DNA of 64,000 nt. Source: an uncultured delta proteobacterium (GTDB lineage: Bacteria > Desulfobacterota > WTBG01). Below are positions 58,071 to 64,000 of the stretch, in pieces. The DNA is taken from positions 69,888 through 133,887 of the forward strand of contig CAVVUR010000002.1 in NCBI GenBank assembly GCA_963751515.1, in the 5' to 3' direction. The position numbers and the translations under genes are program-made. Position 1 is the stretch's first letter. Each line of letters starts with the position of its first letter. The notes beneath the pieces were generated by a model. It was not told the DNA's origin. It did not search any database and saw only the letters and a list, made by a program, of their open reading frames with translations.

Positions 58071-58190
58071 TTATGAAAACCTGGTATAGGGGAAGGTGGC
58101 TTACGGCATGGCCCGATACTTACAAATGCGTTCCTTTACCTTTAAGGTTAACGCCAAGCGGATTGCAGCAGAGTGGAGGTATTCTAAGTA

Positions 58191-58700
58191 ATGACCGCAG
58201 AATCAGCGCAGAAGCAGCAGGAAGTTACCGTGGAGATAACCGCGGAACAGTGGGAAAAGGTTGACCGGGTCATCGATGACCACGTCGGCAAGCCCGGTTC
58301 GCTCATACCCGTTCTCCAGCAGTGTCAGGACGTGTGCGGCTTTCTGCCCGCCGAGGTGCAGCGCAGAATTGCCGAAGGCCTGAACATATCGCCCAGCCTG
58401 GTGTACGGGGTGGTATCCTTCTACTCCTATTTTACCATGAAGCCCCGGGGCAAGTACAATGTCCGCGTCTGCCTGGGAACGGCCTGCTTCGTCAAGCGGA
58501 GCGAGGAAATATACAAGCGGCTGCAGCAGGAGCTGGGCATCCACGAAGGCGAGGTGACGCCGGACATGAAATTTTCCCTGGAGGGCGTGCGCTGCATCGG
58601 GTGCTGCGGCCTTGCGCCGGCCATGATGGTCAACGAGGACACCTATGGCCTGCTGGAGCCGGCGACGGCTCTGGACACCATAAAGAAAAATTATTATTAG
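58191..58700 (+). CDS. nuoE: NuoE/HndA-type [2Fe-2S] subunit
   Basis: 169 aa; thioredoxin-like [2Fe-2S] pattern CLGTAC....CIGCCGLAP. Confidence 0.8.
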   Translation: MTAESAQKQQEVTVEITAEQWEKVDRVIDDHVGKPGSLIPVLQQCQDVCGFLPAEVQRRIAEGLNISPSLVYGVVSFYSYFTMKPRGKYNVRVCLGTACFVKRSEEIYKRLQQELGIHEGEVTPDMKFSLEGVRCIGCCGLAPAMMVNEDTYGLLEPATALDTIKKNYY

Positions 58701-58728
58701 GAAGCGATGCACGCGGGAGGGATGACAA

Positions 58729-59112
58729 ATGCCGAAACTGACGCTCGATGACTTAAAACGGATAAAGGAAGAATCAAAAGCCGCGACCACCCTCCGGGAA
58801 GGCGGCCAGCGCGTCAAGATAACCGTCCACATGGGCACCTGCGGAATCGCGTCCGGGGCGCGGGCGGTCATGAGCGCCTTTATGGATGAGATTGCCAAGC
58901 GGCAGGTCACGGATGTCATCGTTACCACCTCCGGATGCGCGGGGCTATGCAGCCGCGAGCCCATGGCCACGGTTGAGCTTCTCGGCGAAGCGCCGGTCAA
59001 GTACGTGGATCTGGATGACGGGAAGAGCAGGGAGATTCTGGTGGAGCACGTTATCGGCGGCAGGATGGTGGAAAAATATGCCCTGGCGGTGGGCAGTGAA
59101 ACGACCTATTAA
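58729..59112 (+). CDS. Thioredoxin-like [2Fe-2S] ferredoxin (HndB-like)
   Basis: 127 aa; C..G.. and TSGCAGLC motifs; sits between the nuoE-like and nuoF-like genes, as in Hnd/HydABC-type loci. Confidence 0.6.
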   Translation: MPKLTLDDLKRIKEESKAATTLREGGQRVKITVHMGTCGIASGARAVMSAFMDEIAKRQVTDVIVTTSGCAGLCSREPMATVELLGEAPVKYVDLDDGKSREILVEHVIGGRMVEKYALAVGSETTY

Positions 59113-59133
59113 GCTGCAGGAAGGAACGGGCAG

Positions 59134-60921
59134 ATGAAAACCTTTCGCTCACATGCGTTGATTTGCGCCGGAACCGGCTGTGTGTCCAACAAGTCGCTAC
59201 AAGTACGAACGGCGCTTGAAGAAGAGCTCAAGAAGTGCGGACTGGAGGAAGAGGTGCAGGTGGTCATCACCGGGTGCAACGGCTTCTGCGCCGTCGGCCC
59301 GGTCATGGTGGTCTACCCCGAGGGGATCTTTTATCAAAAGCTCACCCGGGAGGACATCCCCCTGCTGGTGTCGGAGCATTTCCTCAAGGGAAGGCCGGTC
59401 GAGAAGCTCATGTACCGGGAGGAGGAAAAGAAGGCGACGGTGCCCCGCATGCAGGACATCTCCTTCTTCGGGCTGCAGGTGCTCCGCGCCTTACGGAACC
59501 GCGGCATCATCGACGCTGAAAAGATTGATGAGTACATCGCCCGCGACGGATACCAGGCCCTGGGAAAAGCGCTTACCGAGCTGACGCCCGAGGGCATCGT
59601 CGAGGAGGTCAAGATTTCCGGGCTTCGGGGCCGCGGCGGCGCCGGTTTCCCCACCGGGCTGAAGTGGGAGTTCTGCGCCAAGGCCAGGGGCGAGGTGAAG
59701 TATGTTTTGTGCAATGGGGATGAGGGTGACCCCGGCGCGTTCATGGACCGCAGCATCCTGGAGGCGGACCCGCATTCGGTTTTGGAGGGGATGACCATCG
59801 CGGCCAGGGCCATCGGCGCCCATCAGGGCTACATTTACGTGCGCGCGGAATATCCGCTCGCCGTTTCCCGGCTCAAGGTGGCCATCCGGCAGGCGCGGGA
59901 CTACGGCCTGCTCGGAAAGAACATTCTTAACTCGGGCTTCGATTTTGACATTGACATTTACCAGGGAGCCGGGGCGTTTGTCTGCGGCGAGGAAACGGCC
60001 CTGATGACCTCCATTGAAGGGAAGCGGGGCATGCCGCGGCCGCGGCCGCCGTTCCCCGCGTACAAGGGGCTGTGGAGAAAGCCGACCATTTTAAACAACG
60101 TGGAGACCTACGCCAATGTTCCGCCCATCATCCTGCACGGCGGCAGCTGGTACAGCGAGCTGGGAACGGAAAAGAGCAAGGGCACCAAGGTCTTTGCCGT
60201 GACCGGCGCGGTCAACAACATCGGCCTGGTTGAAGTGCCCATGGGCACCAGCCTGCGCTCCATCATCTATGATATCGGCGGCGGCATCAAGGGCAAGCGC
60301 AAGTTCAAGGCGGTGCAGATGGGCGGCCCGTCGGGCGGGTGCATTCCCGAGTCGCTGGTTGACACCCCGGTGGATTATGAGTCGATCAGTCAGACCGGTG
60401 CCATCATGGGGTCCGGCGGCATGGTGGTGATGGATGAAACCACCTGCATGGTCGATATCGCCAAGTTCTTCCTGGGCTTTACCCAGGAGGAATCATGCGG
60501 AAAGTGCATTCCCTGCCGGGTGGGAACCAAGATGATGCTTGATATCCTGACCCGGATAACCGCGGGCGAGGGGAAGGAAGAAGACCTGGAGACGCTCAGC
60601 GACCTGGCAGGCACTATCAAGGCCACGGCCCTCTGCGGCCTGGGCAATACCGCGCCCAACCCGGTGCTCACCACCCTGCGCTATTTTCGTGATGAATATG
60701 AGGCGCATGTGCGGGAAAAGCGCTGCCCGGCGCACTCCTGCATTTCCCTCATCAAGTTCACGGTCAACCCCGAGCTCTGCAAGCGGTGCGGCCAGTGCTT
60801 CAAGGCCTGTCCCGCCGGGGCGGTTGCCTGGGAAAAGAAGCAGGTGGCCACAATCGACCGGGAGAAGTGCGTCAAGTGCAAGAACTGCATCATGGCCTGT
60901 AAGTTCAATGCCATTGAGTAG
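59134..60921 (+). CDS. nuoF: NuoF/HydB/HndC-type NAD(H)-, FMN- and FeS-binding subunit with extra N-terminal [2Fe-2S] and C-terminal 2x[4Fe-4S] domains
   Basis: 595 aa: GLRGRGGAGFPTG, NGDEGDPGAF, ESCGKCIPCR; N-terminal CAGTGC...GCNGFC; C-terminal CKRCGQCFKACP / CVKCKNCIMAC. Confidence 0.8.
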   Translation: MKTFRSHALICAGTGCVSNKSLQVRTALEEELKKCGLEEEVQVVITGCNGFCAVGPVMVVYPEGIFYQKLTREDIPLLVSEHFLKGRPVEKLMYREEEKKATVPRMQDISFFGLQVLRALRNRGIIDAEKIDEYIARDGYQALGKALTELTPEGIVEEVKISGLRGRGGAGFPTGLKWEFCAKARGEVKYVLCNGDEGDPGAFMDRSILEADPHSVLEGMTIAARAIGAHQGYIYVRAEYPLAVSRLKVAIRQARDYGLLGKNILNSGFDFDIDIYQGAGAFVCGEETALMTSIEGKRGMPRPRPPFPAYKGLWRKPTILNNVETYANVPPIILHGGSWYSELGTEKSKGTKVFAVTGAVNNIGLVEVPMGTSLRSIIYDIGGGIKGKRKFKAVQMGGPSGGCIPESLVDTPVDYESISQTGAIMGSGGMVVMDETTCMVDIAKFFLGFTQEESCGKCIPCRVGTKMMLDILTRITAGEGKEEDLETLSDLAGTIKATALCGLGNTAPNPVLTTLRYFRDEYEAHVREKRCPAHSCISLIKFTVNPELCKRCGQCFKACPAGAVAWEKKQVATIDREKCVKCKNCIMACKFNAIE

Positions 60922-61021
60922 CAAGGGGGCATTAGGCATCTGTCATAATAAGTAAATGATGTTTAAAGAGCGGCCTGCGGGAAGGGGGTTTTTCAAGCCA
61001 CATACACGTCATTGATACGGG

Positions 61022-61237
61022 GTCTGTGGGAGGGGGATTTTTTAAGCCACAACAAAATTATTCGGAGCCTGTAGAACGGCAGCTGCCTTGTAAATTCACT
61101 CCGACAGACCCCATGGCAAGAGCCTTTGTTGAAGTCCGTGGAAGCTGCCTGTTCGCGGCTTAATACGTAAGGCACGGGGTCGTGACGTAAGCTGACAGAC
61201 AAATTGTTGTGGCTTTAAAAACCCCCTCCCCGCAGAC
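61022..61237 (-). repeat. Palindromic intergenic repeat core, copy 6 (subfamily C, inverted), plus an extra half-arm at 60975-61003
   Basis: GTCTGTGGGAGGGGGATTTTTTAAGCCACAACAAAA ... TTGTTGTGGCTTTAAAAACCCCCTCCCCGCAGAC; the centre matches copy 5 in reverse complement. Confidence 0.85.
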
Positions 61238-61370
61238 TCCTGATTGTATGAGCTATAAAAAAATTTAAAACCTTTAGAACAGCAAATGCCATGTCAATGT
61301 AACCTGAAAATCCCACGGCACCGATATATATTTATTAAACAGGCGATACCATCGAGGTTGAAGGCGTATT

Positions 61371-63980
61371 ATGATTAGTTTGACCATTGACGATCGGGAA
61401 ATAGAGGTAGCGGATGGCTCCACCATCCTCGAGGCCGCGGAGGCTGCCGGGGTTTTTATTCCCACCTTTTGCTACCACAAGCGCCTGATGCCCTTCGGGG
61501 CGTGCCGCATGTGCGTGGTTGAGGTTGAGCAGATGAAAGGCCGGCTGGTCCCTTCCTGCTCCACGCCGGCCGCCAACGGTATGGTGGTGAACACCAACAC
61601 CCCCGCGGTGCGAAGCGCCCGCAAAACCCTGCTTGAGCTGCTGCTGGTTCACCATCCCCTGGATTGTCCCGTGTGCGACAAGGGGGGCGAGTGCAAGCTG
61701 CAGGACCTGGTGTATGAATACGAGGTGAGCAGCAACCGCTTTCTTGACCGGAAGCTCAGCCAGCCGGCTGAAACCGCCTCGCACCTGATAGAAAGGAATG
61801 TGAACCGCTGCGTGCTCTGCGGGATGTGCGCGCGGGTGTGCGAGGAGATGGTGGGCGTAGCCGAAATCAGCTTTGTCAACCGGGGATTCAAGACCAGGAT
61901 CGGCACCGACTTTGACCGGGTGCTGGACTGCGAGTTCTGCGGCGAGTGTGTTAACATCTGCCCGGTGGGCGCCCTGACCGACAAGCTTTTCAAATACAAG
62001 GCCCGTTCCTGGGAGCTTGTCAGGACGGACACCGTCTGTTCCTATTGCAGCACCGGCTGCACCATCACCCTGGGGGTAAAGAACAACCGAATCTACCGGG
62101 TGATCGGGGATGACAGCATCGGGGCCAACCGGGGGAGCCTCTGCGCGAAGGGCCGGTTCGGCTACGGGTATGTCTCCAGCCCTGAGCGGATGAACAGCCC
62201 CCTGGTGAGAAAGGGCGCCGAGGGGCTGGTGCGGGCGACCTGGGCGGAGGCGATGGAGAAAATAGCGGAAGGTCTGGGCGCGGTCAAACAGAAATACGGG
62301 CCCGACGGGATCGGCGGCATCTGCTCCGGCCGCCTGACCAACGAGGAGGCCTACCTGTTTCAGAAATTTCTGCGCGCTGCCATAGGCACCAACAACATCG
62401 ACCATGCCGGGGGATACAGCTACTCGGGGCTGATGAAGGGACTGAGGCCCGCACTGGGCTTGACCGCGGGCACCGCCACGCTGAACGACATACGCAATGC
62501 GGACACCGTGTTCCTGCTGCGCTGCCACCTCTCCGAGACGCATCCGGTGGTGGGATACCAGGTTACCATGGCGGTAAAGCGGGATGAACGGAAGCTGGTT
62601 GTCGCCAGCGAGCGGCCGATCAAGCACAGCCGGCTGGCCAGCTGCGCGCTCATCCACCGGCCCGAAACCGAGCTGGTCCTGCTGCAGGGCATGATCAATA
62701 TCATTATCAGCGAGGGGCTGTACGACAGGGAGTTTGTCTCTTCCTCCACCGCCGGTCTTGAAAATCTTAAGCATTCGGTAGCCCGGTACACCCCGGAGCA
62801 CTGTGAAGGGGTGACCGGCGTTGGCCGGGATGACCTCGTGCAGGCAGCCCGACTGATTGCAGGCAGCAAGCGGCTGTGCATCCTCCTTTCCACCGGCCTG
62901 GGGATTCCCGCGGATGATGAAAAGCTGGGTCTGGCGGTGGCCAACCTCGCCCTGCTGACCGGCATGGTGAAGCGGGAGGGATGCGGCATCGCCTTCCTGG
63001 GGGAGAAGTGCAATGCCCAGGGCACACTGGACATGGGAGTGCTTCCCGGTTTTCTGCCCGGATTCGATGAAGTGGGTGATGACAAGACGCGGGGCCGCTT
63101 TGAAGAAGCGTGGAAGGTGACCCTTCCCGCGCGGCCCGGCCACAACGCCATGGAAATGATCACCAGCGCGGCGGAAGGCAGGCTGCACGCGCTGTACCTG
63201 GCAGGGGAAAATCCGCTGCTGAACTATCCTGAGAGCGAATACACCCGGAAGGCCCTGGAGTCCCTGGATTTCCTGGTGGTGCAGGACATGTTTTTAACCC
63301 CCACCGCCCGGCAGGCCGACGTCGTGCTGCCGGTGGCCAGCTTTGCCGAGAAAAGAGGAACTTATACCAGCTTCGAGCGGAGGGTGCAGGCGCTGTCCCC
63401 GGCGCTGCCGGTGCTGGAAGGGGTCAAAACAGACCTGGAAATTTTCTGCGAGCTGTCCCGCAGAATGGGGCATGCCATGAAGGCAACCGGGCCCGAGGAT
63501 GTGATGAAGGAGATCGGCTCGCTGGTTCCTCTCTACGCGGGCGTCAGCTGCGAATCCCTCGGAGCGGGAGGCCGGCTTGTGCCGTCCCCGCCGGCCGGCC
63601 CGAGGACGAGCTACAGCTTTTTCCCGCTCGAGCATGTCGAACCGGCCCGCGGGACTGATGGTGACTATCCGCTGCTGCTGCGCACCGGCAGCATGCTTTT
63701 TCATTCCGGTTCCCTGTCAACCCACGCCCCGGCGTTGAACGAGCTCGGGTCCGGCGGCAGGGTGGATGTGTCTCCTGCCGATGCCAGGGCATACGGCCTT
63801 GGGGATGGAGAGAAGGTGCTGGTTACATCAAGGATGGGGTCACTGGAGGCAAAGGTGAAAATCAGCAGAAAGCAGGCGAAGGGAATGGTGTATATTCCCT
63901 GCCACTTCGCAGCCCACCCCGTCAACCGGCTGACCAGCAGGGAGCTTGTCCCGACCCGGGTTAAGCTGGAAAAGATGTAG
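61371..63980 (+). CDS. nuoG: NuoG-type 75-kDa subunit ([2Fe-2S] + [4Fe-4S] clusters + molybdopterin-oxidoreductase-like domain lacking an obvious Cys/Sec Mo ligand)
   Basis: 869 aa: CYHKRL..GACRMCVVE, HPLDCPVCDKGGEC, CVLCGMCARVC, CGECVNICP, CSYCSTGC. The formate-dehydrogenase active-site position reads HAGGYSYSG, with no C/U-H. Confidence 0.75.
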   Translation: MISLTIDDREIEVADGSTILEAAEAAGVFIPTFCYHKRLMPFGACRMCVVEVEQMKGRLVPSCSTPAANGMVVNTNTPAVRSARKTLLELLLVHHPLDCPVCDKGGECKLQDLVYEYEVSSNRFLDRKLSQPAETASHLIERNVNRCVLCGMCARVCEEMVGVAEISFVNRGFKTRIGTDFDRVLDCEFCGECVNICPVGALTDKLFKYKARSWELVRTDTVCSYCSTGCTITLGVKNNRIYRVIGDDSIGANRGSLCAKGRFGYGYVSSPERMNSPLVRKGAEGLVRATWAEAMEKIAEGLGAVKQKYGPDGIGGICSGRLTNEEAYLFQKFLRAAIGTNNIDHAGGYSYSGLMKGLRPALGLTAGTATLNDIRNADTVFLLRCHLSETHPVVGYQVTMAVKRDERKLVVASERPIKHSRLASCALIHRPETELVLLQGMINIIISEGLYDREFVSSSTAGLENLKHSVARYTPEHCEGVTGVGRDDLVQAARLIAGSKRLCILLSTGLGIPADDEKLGLAVANLALLTGMVKREGCGIAFLGEKCNAQGTLDMGVLPGFLPGFDEVGDDKTRGRFEEAWKVTLPARPGHNAMEMITSAAEGRLHALYLAGENPLLNYPESEYTRKALESLDFLVVQDMFLTPTARQADVVLPVASFAEKRGTYTSFERRVQALSPALPVLEGVKTDLEIFCELSRRMGHAMKATGPEDVMKEIGSLVPLYAGVSCESLGAGGRLVPSPPAGPRTSYSFFPLEHVEPARGTDGDYPLLLRTGSMLFHSGSLSTHAPALNELGSGGRVDVSPADARAYGLGDGEKVLVTSRMGSLEAKVKISRKQAKGMVYIPCHFAAHPVNRLTSRELVPTRVKLEKM

Positions 63981-64000
63981 CAGGCATAATTAAAATTAAA

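Noticed and set aside
61335-63188. 617-aa ORF on the minus strand, antisense to nuoG
   Set aside because: Arg/Gly/Pro/Ala-rich low-complexity translation with no motifs, fully overlapping a well-supported gene. This is a typical high-GC shadow ORF. The same reasoning applies to 242-865(-), 4037-4804(-), 9142-9954(-), 25993-27033(+), 39098-40042(-), 41415-42542(-), 45416-46228(+), 49380-50294(+) and 56000-57043(-).
61371-63980. Selenocysteine-containing formate dehydrogenase alpha subunit
   Set aside because: There is no in-frame TGA. The region aligned to the FDH active site (..IDHAGGYSYSGLMKG..) has neither Cys nor Sec followed by His. Its position after nuoE/nuoF and downstream of nuoA-D fits NuoG better.

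Overview
High-GC (~58%) bacterial chromosomal segment. Gene content suggests an anaerobe of the Desulfobacterota, sulfate-reducer or acetogen type; this is inference only. No database search was possible, so all family calls rest on motif recognition in the ORF translations.

Three blocks of core anaerobic energy metabolism:
- A Wood-Ljungdahl cluster, cooC-folD-acsD-acsB-acsC-acsE, followed by NarI-like and HdrC-like genes, metV-metF and a 16-haem HmcABC-like module (116-15750).
- nfnA-nfnB (47531-50156).
- A nuo operon, nuoABCD ... nuoE-fdx-nuoF-nuoG, interrupted by a six-gene DRTGG / HATPase / [FeFe]-hydrogenase-like / PHP sensory cluster (51427-63980).

Between these blocks lie about 15 kb of genes for secreted, very cysteine-rich modular proteins. 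They carry cohesin-like and dockerin-like modules and long tandem repeats (15800-20702, 28840-34973, 42511-44409). Also present are a PAS-kinase/response-regulator cluster, RNase R, pyrE, two GIY-YIG genes and tRNA-Pro.

Most notable observations:
- A cellulosome-style cohesin/dockerin protein set with no carbohydrate-active enzymes nearby.
- A nested palindromic repeat family of about 220 bp, with six copies confined to intergenic gaps of energy-metabolism operons. Its CTAG/TA-flanked outer shells overlap TAG stop codons.
- An in-frame UGA followed by a hairpin that joins two ORFs of a secreted Cys-rich protein (possible selenocysteine).
- metVF embedded in an Hmc-like membrane redox cluster.
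- A GIY-YIG gene bracketed by a duplicated tRNA-Pro 3' end.

Data-quality caveat: at least 13 frameshifts interrupt otherwise recognisable genes. I reconstructed about half of them base by base, and most of those are repaired by lengthening a homopolymer run. The sequence is therefore probably indel-prone, and 'pseudogene' calls are provisional.
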